From the NCBI GenBank assembly GCA_000182565.2, contig KQ257460.1: a stretch of 64,000 nt of DNA, one strand, 5' to 3'. Each line of letters opens with the position of its first letter. The stretch's first letter is position 1. Source of the stretch: Spizellomyces punctatus DAOM BR117 (Eukaryota). The notes beneath the pieces were generated by a model. It did not search any database. It was not told the origin of the DNA and saw only the letters and a program-made list of their open reading frames with translations. The position numbers and the translations under genes were made by a program. This document shows, piece after piece, positions 51,670-64,000 of this stretch.

Positions 51670-51989
51670 ACGGCGCCATGTGTAAATATTATGCGAGTGA
51701 CCGTTGGGAGATTGCATTGTGGCAAAAAAGGTTTCGCTCGAATGTCTATATTTTTCCAGAACAAGGTTGTAAATGATATTCGTTATGGCATCAATTGTGT
51801 GTGAACTGTTTCAGACTTGTCCATCTCGTGACGTCCAGTTTTTTGCCAACGGTGGTCAAAAGATTATAGTCTGTATATTGAGGAATATGTATATCCATGT
51901 AATCATATCAGTACCTTTTATAAGGCTACCACGCTGTAACAACTACACATCCAATCCATTAGGTGTCATTATTCTCGTACGTTCCTTCC

Positions 51990-53035
51990 TCACGCTCTGG
52001 GAGTCCCAACAATCCACATAACCTCCCAGAATCCGCCCAAGATACTGCCCGTCTCAACCTTCCACATGTACTTGTCCTTTCCGCTCACCCCCTCAACGAC
52101 GGCCTTGAGTTCCTTTTCCGAACGGGAGGAGAGAGATGCAGCAACTGAATCCAAGACAGCCACACAGGGAATCACTGGCGTGCAAAATGTAAAGAATAGA
52201 CGACCTGGTGTTGGGTATCGGAGTGAAAGATAGCACATGATGAGAGGGAGAAGGGTCAACTGGAAAGAGAGATTGAAGAGTGTGGGAGGCGGACTGTCAA
52301 AAATACTATTGAAGAGAAAGAGTAGCTCAGAACTGAAAGGCAAGAATAAAAAAAAGATTACTCAAAATCGACATACCAAATGGCATGTCCATTCTTGACA
52401 GCATCCTCCAAAATACTCTTACACTCCTCATTCGAAAACTGATGAAATTCCCCAACCATCAACCTCAAAGCGGATGTAGCACGTTGCACCTCTGCAACAT
52501 GTTGAGCAACCTGTTTCCCCGCCCGCCGTCCCATAGTAGTATTTATCACTTTCTTGGGCCCTCGTTTGGGCGTGGTCGGTGTGCTCGGAAGAAGGGATTC
52601 ATCTGGCTGCGCGGGAGGCGGAGTGAGACTCGGAGGAACACATGTCGGCAAGATGGGCGTGGAAATGTATGTCAGACTCGGTGGTAGCTGGATGGGTGGG
52701 CTCGTCGGGTTAGGGTCTGTCAATAGAATCTCTAGCTTCCCTAGTGACGGTGACTCTGCTTCCCGGAGTAGCGTTTCGGCTATTCGAGCCATGCCTGTGC
52801 CCCCTGCGCAAAGTTGTACGATACGAGACCCTCCAATCTTTCTGAGAGTGGACTTTAACGTCGGGACAAGGTGTTCCGTAGGCGGTGTGTAGACACTTGG
52901 CACCGAAATAGGCAGCTCCAGCGTCCATAGTTTCCTTAAAAGAAAAGTAACGTGCTCGCGAAGACCTTCTGGAAACAGTGGATGAGAGGATAAAGGTGGA
53001 ACATGGCAGCGGTGGGCTGTAAGGGGAGTTGACAT
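51990..53035 (-). CDS. Class I SAM-methyltransferase-fold protein of unknown function, divergent, 1 intron
   Basis: RIVQLCAGGTG (motif I position), ILLTDPNP, FHQFSNEECKSILEDAV and a hydrophobic segment before FFTFCTPVIP...LDSVAASL. Confidence 0.65.
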
Positions 53036-53329
53036 GACAAGAATGAGATGGAAGTCAAGTCAAAAGCAAGAGATGCAAGACTGTCAAAAAGAAACGGCAG
53101 CGCGAGGACATCCGTCGCGGTTGGTGCTTATGTAATAACTTGATTAGTATGACTGTGCCATAAACGCTGTGAATCAACATGTGAAAGCGACACGAGGGAA
53201 TTCAAACAAATTGTTTGGATGGGCAACGCAAAAAGAATAACAAGCAAAAGGCAATGCAAAATATATTCACATCAATAATCTTTCAGCAATATTGTTTTCT
53301 TTACAAGATTCAAACTTCAGCAGCTACAT

Positions 53330-54481
<1,152 letters not shown>

Positions 54482-56327
54482 TCAAAGTAGAAAAAAAAAG
54501 GTTGTTGTGGGTAGAGCGATGAGCGATGGAGAGATGAAAGAAACGGGGGGAAAGCTGATGGGGTGGCCCTATTTATAGACGTGGATAAACCAAGGGGCTC
54601 CAAACGCGCGCAGTTGTTCTTATCAAATCGCCCCCGTCGGATTCCATCATGTGATTCACTTGCGCCATAATTTAAACAGTCATACTTGCCTAAAGAAGTA
54701 ATAGTGCCATAAATAAGCCGCATGATGTAATACGCATGACTAACTCTAAATCCAAGCTCCGCTGCTTTTTGCCAAGGGCTTTTGATTCGCCATATGGACA
54801 TGTTGGGGGTTTGTTTTTGAGATAAGATGGGGAGCTTTTAGGGAGCAAGGTCTGGCTTCTCCCAGCAGCATGAACTTTCACAGCATAAACAATGCGGCAA
54901 GTGTTTAGTGTCTCAACAGGCAGGATAAGCAAACCTTGCGGCAAAGACCGAGCAATTGTTCTACTGATTAGTCAATAGATATCATTTCCAAAGATCACGG
55001 TTTTGTGTATAAGTGCTTGATGCATGTCTTTCGGTACATCCTCGGCACAGCGTTGCGTAATGGAGATAAAATATCTTATTACGCCAGCATGGCATAGTAT
55101 CCAAACTGATTACAATTCTCCTCATGTACTGTTAGGGTAAGCAGAGTTTGTATTTTTGGATAAACGCGATGGCAAAACTTTATGGAGATGCCAAGCGCTG
55201 GCCGAGATTCGACAAATTAGGCACTAACAATTTGAACCGCGGGCATCGCTTCCAGCCTGGTGAACGCGGTACATTGGGGATAACAAGCATCAGTAGACAA
55301 TTGATTCCTCAGATATTCAGCAGATGAATAATCACTAATGGCCCTTATAAAATCTCTAACGGTCATCCAGCGCTATTCACGAATGATTATTGCTGTCTCA
55401 ACGCCTTCCAGTTTACACTTGCTTCAAAATATCTGGTGATGTCCCACCGTGATGCCGTGGTTTTTACAAGAAGCGAAAGGTTCTACCACGCATGCCTTGC
55501 GTGATTTCGGCATATCTCATCCGTTCACACTCAAAGAATGCCCATCAATGTCAGGAAGCCTACCCGGCCTGACCATACGGCAAAACGCTTAGCAGAATTA
55601 GCCTGGAGATGCTCGACGCTAGTATTCAACAGCGAGCAATGAATACTCGCAGTGTACTGGTTGAAAGCGTTCCATTATTCCTTTCCACTAATGGGCAGTA
55701 AAGATTACGCAGCTTCAGCAATAACTGGTTTTCCTACAGCAACCATCGAGAGGCCGCGACAGGCTTCTGAATAGATTGATTCTGAAGTATGCTGTATTAG
55801 TGATGCAGACACGCGCCAGGCGTCCGCGAAGGCCTTCGCTCGCCATCGTCTTTCTGCAATCGTTCTTTGATGCGCCGCAGCTCACGCAGCGTTTCAATAT
55901 CGCATGGTGCCCACCATTTTCACAAAAGATGCCCGTGTTCTGTGAATTCAAGAAGCATCATTTTGGGCCCTCTTCCATGGTGTCGCCTGACTAGTCGTAC
56001 TCGCAGCCGTTTTCAGGCCCGCGGGAGAGCCCACAGAAAAGGCGAAAAGCAAATGCGGAACGAACGTGATTATTTGGATGCAATTTGACTACATGAACAT
56101 TGTGAGAGGGAAGGCTTCAGATTAAATGCAATGCACAGCCACCACTGTATCATCACGTGTGAGTAGCTGTGACCATCCCGAGTAATCATCCGATGATCCA
56201 CCAATTTGTTGGGGACAAGCGGACTTGCCAGCGTTCATCACCACTTTCCATTCGCAGATCTATGCTTGTGCAAAACTAGGATTTTGTAACCTGCCTTTGC
56301 GAGAGTGTACGATTTGACTTGGAGGAC

Positions 56328-58177
56328 ATGAACAGACAACAGCAAGGTTTGGAAGGCGCTTTTTTCTAATTTCATGAACCGCAAATACAGTGCCAATTTG
56401 ACTGACGCTCGTGCCATTACAGATAAAAGCACCCAGCGCCATTTATTCAACCTCATACGACACACTCAGGTAGGTCATGGAACTGTTATTATTAAGCTCA
56501 AAGTCTTGCAAGCTAATGAAATTGGATTTTTGACCCTTGCCAGATCCTGCCCACTGAGAAAATACCGTCATCCGAAAGATGCAAACGACGAGCCTCGGTA
56601 GCGATTATTATCCGGGTACGACCGAATTCAGTGGTCGGACCTATCAATGAGACGGCTTGTAAGTACGAGCAGGACTGATGCTGTCAGTCACGTGATGTGG
56701 GCTAGGAAAGAGCTGTTGGGCTTGAGCGTTCCGAGGGAAATGAGTGGGGGGCATGGCCTACCTTTATACACAAAAATGGGGCTGCCAGAAGATATCATAT
56801 TAACTCTTTCCTTGCAGCTATACAAGACCCGTTGGATTTCCTAAAACGTAAGTGTTAATCTTTATGAACGGGCTTAATGGTCGTGCCATCTACTGCTTCT
56901 AACCAGCTGATTGCATACAATCAGTCGACTGGGTAAAATCCGGAGAACCTGAAATCCTCTATGTCCGACGTGCCGTCAATCCGCGCGACAAATGGAGTGG
57001 ACACGTAGGTTTACGCGAATAATCTGCTGTAATTTAACCTTCTCTTAAAACCGCGCATATTTTAGATGGCATTTCCAGGCGGGAAAGCAGAAGCGGAGGA
57101 AACGGATCAGGAAGCCGCTGAAAGAGAAACCCTGGAGGAAATTGGGTTGGATTTGCGAGGGCCAGGATTTGCCTGTCTGGGTGCATTAGACGATCGCGAA
57201 ATCAAGCCACCAGCTAGCGGAAAGCCGATCATGATTCTATGTCCTTTTGGTAGATATACCTTATTTGCGATCATCTGGATTATTCGTGTTGTGGAATCTA
57301 ATCGCATTGTACAGTGTACCTACAGTTGACTCCCTCCACTCCCCCTCTAACGCTCACGCCGGAAGAAATCGCCTCAATTCACTGGATTCCCCTCTCCTTC
57401 TTCTTTGCAGCTGCCCGCGATAATCGACGGTGGCGACTGATCAGCTTCCCCATAGCACGTCACCTCCTCCCCGCTCGCGTCCTGGCAGGCGGCATTTCTG
57501 GTTCCTCAGCACCCCGATGGCGCACCTGGATCCACGTAGGATTAGAAAAGTCTCTGACATATCTCTTGGGCTCGTACAGTTACCGCGGGGTTCTCCTTCC
57601 AACCACCGCCGGCGAGATCGTTACCCCCCTTCAAACACCAGTGACACCCCATGTTCCGCACGCTCATGTTCTTGGTAAAGAAGAGGAAGCTAAAGCCCAT
57701 GCTGGCCAATCCACATCCTCCCGGCTCCTGTTGTGGGGCCTGACACTATGGATGACGAGCGATCTGATTGATTTGTGTCATGATCCTAGCGAAGTTCCCG
57801 TCGTGGCTTTATCAGAATTGGGTGCGCCTCGGTACAGTCAAAAGGACATTGATTGGTTTTTTGGGCTTTTGGCACGTCAGCTAGGCGCAGGCGGGAACGG
57901 CGGTGTGCAAAGTGGGGCGGGGTCTGGAGGGACCGTGGGACGCGTGAAGCGGAAACCAGCTGTTAGTGTTACCGAGAGGTATGGTTAACTACCATTTGTG
58001 CACAATTCTTTCTGCATTACTCATCCTCAAGGTTTCCCCCACGCCAGACCGAAATTGGAGTACTACCAAGCCATCCGCATTTCCGTCGCAACCGCTATGA
58101 CGCTGCGGGCAGTAGTGACGTGGGTAGTTGTCCGCCACCTACGGAAAGTGCGAGAATGGTGTCTCGCTGTTCTGTAA
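56328..58177 (+). CDS. Nudix hydrolase, CoA-pyrophosphatase (NUDT7/8)-like, about 7 introns
   Basis: RRASVAIIIR, PEILYVRRAVNPRDKWSGH|MAFPGGKAEAEETDQEAAERETLEEIGL (Nudix box), LLWGLT and a hydrophobic C-terminal segment. Confidence 0.85.
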
Positions 58178-58431
58178 CTGATGTGAGCATATATCTCCCT
58201 ACCTATTCCACCTGTTTTCGTATATATAGTTAATTTATATTATCAAATATCGGATGATTTGAGTTTCTGATCTTAGTCAAGGAACGAAATCTGTTAAAAC
58301 ATTGTGACCAGATAATTCATTGTCTAAAAAACATTTCAGAACAATTTCCATCCTTCCCGGTCGGCAAGCAACAAGGAAAGACTATGTACTGTTCGTATTC
58401 TTACAAGAGTTTGAGGTCTTTAATAAATAGC

Positions 58432-58461
58432 AAAAAAAAAAAAAAAAAAAGAAAAAAAAAA
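58432..58461. repeat. Poly(A) tract of about 30 nt between convergent genes
   Basis: A19-G-A10 read directly. Confidence 0.9.
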
Positions 58462-58622
58462 CGGGTTCACTCGAATCCAACAAGTCGAGGTTGGACCAGC
58501 AAATACATGAGATTCTAAAATCAGATGAGGACAACAGGCAGGCTTTGAGAGGTTTCGTGTGGCGCCTTATGAGTGCACCATGAGTACGATAACCGGAACC
58601 GGTCATCATGAGGTCTTTGAAA

Positions 58623-60524
58623 TTATGCCTGTGTGGTAGTCCAGAATTCACGGCAGTACATGACAGCAAGGAGTGGTGGGCCCTGGATACAACAGGTGGA
58701 AACCAAGGTTAATAATGTCACTTTTGATAATATTTACAGCGTGCGACTTACCAAATAAATGCCCCACCAAAAGAACGCATTCCCAATCCTTGGATATTTC
58801 TTCAATTTACTCCATCTCGATAGTATAATCAACGGAATCTGGATCATCTGCATCGTAAACAGGTACATCCTCACTCTCTTCGCCAAGACATACATGACCA
58901 ACTCATGCAAGCAACTCGACAAGAAGAACGTCAAAAACGTTGCATTTTGTTTCGAGAACTTGTATGTGGAGATACTCTCCAAGTAAACGTGGCGTAAAAG
59001 GAATTCGTGAACAGGTTTATTCCATTTCCGTGCGTACTCGTCAAAAGTCACACTGTTCCACCAGTCATCGTAAAATTCGCGGTCAGCGAAGCGGGTGATT
59101 TCGGCGAACCAGTTACAGATGCATTCAAAGATGAGGTAAAAGAGGAGCATGTAGCAGACCATGAAAGGGAGGATGAGGTGAGTGACGGATTCGAAAAAGG
59201 TGAGTGTGTCCATGCGGTTAAGGACAGGGTAAATGTAGTTTTCGACGGTAACGTAGAGAATCATTATGATTCCGATGACGCCAATGCCTTTCTCGAAAAC
59301 GTACCAAGGACGAATTCTAATGAAGATGCCAAATCTTAGGAGTTGGAAATGCATAGAACACCTTGATTGGTTAAGGTACGTACCGATCCGTCCGTGGATA
59401 CTCCAGCTCGTACACCAGAGAAGGCACCAAAAGATAATCCATGAAATTCAGAAAAGTTACATTCTCGGGAAACTTTGTATTTCCCTTACACAGCTCGACC
59501 TGCAAATCCTGTGCTTTTTGTCTCAATTCCTCCCACTCTGCATTCAATCCTTCCAACTCTGGGGCATCGTCCCCCAGTTTCTTCATTTTCCCTGCAATCT
59601 TGTCCATCTTGTTCTCGCATTCGATAAATTTCGCATTGCGATGCAACATCTCGTTGTTGTACGCCATATAGGAATGTTGCTTCATCAGCATGGAAATAGA
59701 GTGGAGAGTGAAGAAACCACTCTGGGTCCAAGTCCAATCGTTGTGGAAAACCCAGTAAAGACAAAAGAAGAACCAGGCAGTTTGGTAGAGATGTTGGACG
59801 ACCCGTGTGAGAGATCGGGGAAGCCAGCCAGCAATAAAAAGCTTCTCGATAATGACGACACTGAAAAGGCTGGCAATGAGTGCCATCTCAGAGTAAAGAA
59901 GAACCCAGAATCCCTAGTGCGAGGACGCCTGTGAGAAATCGATCTTGAAGGGTTTGAAAGTGGCACCACTAGAGAGACACGTACCTCTGAGAACATGGTC
60001 GCAAATAACGCTCTCCCAACAGGCTGTCCATTCTTTCTCCAATTCAGATACAAACTCGATGACATTGAGTACGCCATCGTCATCCAGAACAACGTGAAGA
60101 AGCCTCTCAGGGGATTCTTTGTCTTTTCCAACATCTCCCAATCCAATGGCGATGGTCGTGGGGTAAACGAATTCTTTCGAGGACGAGTATCACGTCCCCA
60201 TCTTCTAATACCGGCTTCCGACGGTTGAAGGTCGTCCTTGCGGTCATTCGGCGTCCCAGGCGGTGAAACACGCGTGACGAGTTTTCCTTCTACCGTTGTA
60301 GCAGTTTCCAAGAAGGGACCATTTGCGAGTGCTTTCGCAGCTCTGTCCTTTTCTTTGAGTGATCTTTTGCGAGTAAGCGTAACCGGCGGGACCGCCGTGG
60401 ACGCTCCGTTGGCCTATGAAAGCCAGTCTTTTGTGAGTAAATGAGATCAAAGAGACAACCCCATTCCCCTCGCACCCAAACCACTCTCTCTGTTCACACA
60501 CACCTTGTTCTCATCTGAACTCAT
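58623..60524 (-). CDS. Sterol O-acyltransferase (ACAT/Are, MBOAT family), 4 coding introns and a probable 5'-UTR intron
   Basis: RGFFTLFW, MKQHSY, PSLVYELEYPRT, FADREFYDDWWN, WNKPVHEFLLRHVY, SSCLHE (catalytic His) and GNAFFW. Confidence 0.92.
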
Positions 60525-62048
60525 AGTGAGACGAGAATCCTACAAACCACTACACGCGAAACGCTCACGGTGAGTTCCTTTTTTCTCCAATACATTTCAC
60601 AAAAAACACAAAGTAAGCACTCACTCAGTTCAAGTAACAAATAAGTCGACGCTCAAAATGTTCTAAAATGACTTTAAGTCGTTCGTCGTCGTCGTCCTTA
60701 AATAGCCTATTCTCTTTTTGTTTATCGTCCAACTTTCGGTGGAAGCAATTTCCCATAGGCAGGTGTGAGTCACGCGTCTGTTTGATGGCAGCAAGTTGGC
60801 GCTACTCGTTTTCAAAATGGATCGTTCAAGCAGGAAAAAAAACGGAAATTTCAAATACAGCACACAAGCGCTTTGGGGATGTTGACAAAATGGACGCAAA
60901 AGCGATGAATTCCTTCGCCCGGCTTGCAAACGGCAGAACTCGCCGTGTCAGCAATAAAGATAAGCGGATCGGGGTATCCGTTTTTGATTTGGGGTTAGGG
61001 AGGTGATCTGCTGCAAGACGTGCAGATCCAGGGCTTTTTTTAAGGACGCCATTGTTGCTTAAATTATGGACACTAGGTATGACGGTTTCTATGCACTTTG
61101 CATTTAGGAAAGCACCAAGGATGCATCATCCAGAATGGATGTAAATCCATTGACCTTTTCGGAGGATGTTATCATGTTAAAAATTAAAGATCTTCGAAAA
61201 GGGTCTGATTGCATTATTCTATGAAAAGAATTAGAATAAACAAAAGAGCTATGGCACCCAAGTGCAAGTATTGATATCCCGATCTTGGTCTTTGCCGGGA
61301 CTATGCAGTGGATGTCATATTCATGTCAAGCATGTCCCACCGGCACCTGCATTGGTGTCATTGATGCAGGCAGTCCAATTTGACTGGCAACTCACAAGCT
61401 ATCAAAACTGCAGATGGCAAGCGTTTCATCAGTTGCTCTTCCACTAATGCTCTCCTCAAGAGTTTTGCATTATTCCATCTGCTGCTATTGCCAAATGCGA
61501 CGTGACTCTCTTGACGGTTAGAAAATACAGTGCAATCTTTGATAGCCTCCTGTTTCTGGCAATATGGAAGTCGTCGATAAAACCATTCGAGATCACGGTC
61601 TAAATTGGCAATTCGGTCCTGGTCTATCAGATGGCGCGAGATATCTGATGGAAAACCTCGACTGGGGAAGACGTCATTCAGACTGCCTGGAATCCAAACC
61701 TTTACAGATCCTGCAACTCGATCCATTCATGCATACTAGTTCCTTCCTGTAGATGCTGTTTGCTTTCTGGTAGTGCAATTGGACCTTTAGCAGAAAACCT
61801 CATCGCCTGGCACTGCATTATGTAAGCATTACACGGGGGACGAATACACGTGAACTTCCAACCCCTTGAGCAGACATCGCTTGCCCTTTTGTTTGTCTCG
61901 CCGTGATTTCCACTTCCCATTTCCAGTGTAGAGTTTGCATTTAGGGCCTTTTTTTTGCAGGAACATCGTGCACTGAACTGTGGAGAGGTGAGTAAACTTT
62001 TCTTGGGCGTATCAACGCAAGAATATACTGACGCAACGTGGGAAGAAG

Positions 62049-63557
62049 ATGTCATCCTACTCGTACTCTCCATACTACTCGCCTTATGCACCAACCTCTG
62101 GGCGTTACTCACCCTACAACGCCTACCAACCCTATCCACCGCCTGCGCGCCCAGGTTCATCGGCATCGTCCGGATCCGGTGTCGAAATGATACCCACACA
62201 ACCGTCGGGGACGCCAACGTCACCATATCTGCATTCGTGTGCAACACCGCCGTTACCCGTTGGTGCACGGTCTGCGTCTGTATCGCCACCTCCAAATATG
62301 TACGGTAGTAATCTACATCATGGACAGCATCACGGCCGGTCAGTTAGTTTACCGCGAGGTGTTCGATCTAGATTGGGTTCGCGGGATCAGGATGAGTGGG
62401 TGGATCACCGATCACATAGAGAGGAGATGTTGGATGGGCGGTATGAGGATAGGGATGCAAAGGATGTTGGGCTGGGTGTGGTACCACCTCTAGATGAAAT
62501 GTCTTCGACTTTACCCTTGGCGTCCGATGAGCATGTTCACAAAACAAAGGATCTACTGGAGAAAAACGGCTTGTACACTGACTTGAACCAAACAGAGAGC
62601 GAGGCGGATTTTGAATCGAATCCGAATCATCACAACCAACCCGGAGTATCCGACTATCCCAACCCCGGTCGAGACGCAAAGCAAAGCACCGTGTTTCACC
62701 ATTTCACGCGGGACGACAGCTATACCCCATCCCGTAGTCCCACTCCCACTCCCAAACACTTTTACCGCCCGCCACCCCAAGCACCCGCGTCTCACATTCA
62801 CCTCTTTCTCTTCTCCACCCTCACATTTATTCTCTTGCACCATTTACCATTCTTTTCTTCGTGGACTCGCACTCTCCGCTTACGACTAGGCTTTTACCCT
62901 GCGCTCATCATAACCCTAGCAACCTCGGTAGCAGGTGGCACAATATTCCGGTCAAAACGCACAGCTATAGCAAACTTTTTGGTCAAGTGCCGTGCACACC
63001 CCGCCTCCCGCGAATTTGGGGCATTACTGGCAGCAATCACATTAGCGTACATTTGCGCCATCATGGCTCCACTTGCGTTCCGAATGTTGCATTCTCTTGC
63101 AACTCGCATCCCGATTTTGGGACCTTTGGGCGTGTACATTGCGTTGATGTGGTGGTGTGTCATGTTTTCGCTTGTTGGTATATGGGCTATGGCATTTTTC
63201 GCGTGGGATGTCACAAAAGTCGTGCATGGGGCGGTTGTCAATATTTTCCGATATGTTGTGGCGGCTGATCAGGATATTTCGTCTGCATCTTCGTGTGCAT
63301 CTTCGTCGGTGGGGGTGTCGACTTTTAGAGTGGTCAATGTGAGTGAATCGGAAGATGAGGATATAAAGGTTTCGGCAAGTGTGTCGGCTTATGTGGCCGC
63401 CAGTGAGAGGTTATCGACATGTGCAATTGAGAAGGGGAAGATGGCTGTAGGGAGGTTTGGAAGGGTGGCGGAAGCAGCTGAACCCGCATCAGGCATGTCA
63501 ACGCCGAGATTGAGTAGGAATTCCTCTTTTACGGATAGGCGGATGGCGATTTATTGA
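62049..63557 (+). CDS. Hypothetical membrane protein, 502 aa (S/P/Y-rich N-terminus, about 4 TM segments)
   Basis: Long uninterrupted ATG ORF with a hydrophobic central block. No family recognised. Confidence 0.7.
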   Translation: MSSYSYSPYYSPYAPTSGRYSPYNAYQPYPPPARPGSSASSGSGVEMIPTQPSGTPTSPYLHSCATPPLPVGARSASVSPPPNMYGSNLHHGQHHGRSVSLPRGVRSRLGSRDQDEWVDHRSHREEMLDGRYEDRDAKDVGLGVVPPLDEMSSTLPLASDEHVHKTKDLLEKNGLYTDLNQTESEADFESNPNHHNQPGVSDYPNPGRDAKQSTVFHHFTRDDSYTPSRSPTPTPKHFYRPPPQAPASHIHLFLFSTLTFILLHHLPFFSSWTRTLRLRLGFYPALIITLATSVAGGTIFRSKRTAIANFLVKCRAHPASREFGALLAAITLAYICAIMAPLAFRMLHSLATRIPILGPLGVYIALMWWCVMFSLVGIWAMAFFAWDVTKVVHGAVVNIFRYVVAADQDISSASSCASSSVGVSTFRVVNVSESEDEDIKVSASVSAYVAASERLSTCAIEKGKMAVGRFGRVAEAAEPASGMSTPRLSRNSSFTDRRMAIY

Positions 63558-63712
63558 TCATGGTGTTAGTGTATTTGTTAATGTATTTTTTGGTATTGGC
63601 GGTTTGGTAAACAATATATCTGTCGTTGATATTGGCGACCTATTGACATTCACACCGCCCAACTGTTATCCATGCAAACAACCCACAGTCATGTATAAAA
63701 ATATACAGATTC

Positions 63713-63992
63713 CTACGCCCCTTCATCTTTAGCTGTCTCTTCTACCTTTGCTTCACCCGCAGCTTTAGTGTCCAGGGGTACTGCTTCCTGTTTTGCCTCA
63801 CCAGCGTCTAGCTTAGTCTTTTTAGCATCTCCATTTTGCGTCGCCGCCTCTGGTGCTTTTCGCTTTTTGACAAGGCTAGATATATCTGTGACGGGACCGT
63901 CCTCCTTCTTTAACTCTGGGGAAGGAATCAATTCTGTGGCTTCTTCGACCACCTTGTTCACCGCGCTCATCTTCGCGTGGAGTTCTTCGACC
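63713..63992 (-). CDS. Last exon of a NASP/Sim3-like histone chaperone (gene continues beyond window)
   Basis: Acceptor ttag|gtc, then VEELHAK...PVTDISSLVKKRKAP, resembling the NASP C-terminal DISxLVxKxK/NLS motif. Confidence 0.55.
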
Positions 63993-64000
63993 TAATCCAA

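Noticed and set aside
54600..56300. Transposon or hidden gene in the 1.7-kb gap upstream of polyubiquitin
   Set aside because: No terminal repeats, transposase/RT motifs or joinable exons were recognised.

Overview
Gene-dense, intron-rich eukaryotic DNA (short GT-AG introns, roughly balanced GC), most consistent with a zoosporic (chytrid-like) fungus. Fungal-type genes (RAD5, MCM1, ATG26, ARE, Hmp1/CsbD-like, fungal S41 peptidase) sit beside flagellum-associated ones (TTLL9, an LRRcap-type protein). I hand-spliced 27 protein-coding genes, several of them invisible or fragmented in the ORF track (bublin-like, four-EF-hand, CsbD-like, a 148-aa orphan). I found no tRNA, rRNA, CRISPR array or intact transposon. 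The most interesting items are: a signal-peptide + Cys-rich (CFEM-like) + 7TM + RGS receptor; a GPI-type protein with three complete type-1 copper cupredoxin domains; a secretory-pathway LEA-like protein; CRE-like motifs shared by stress/dormancy-type genes; an Mcm1/ECB-like site upstream of MCM1 itself; and an unexplained TATA-preceded island near 49.1-49.7 kb. No clearly new multi-gene system could be established from sequence alone. All family calls are by motif recognition, not database search.
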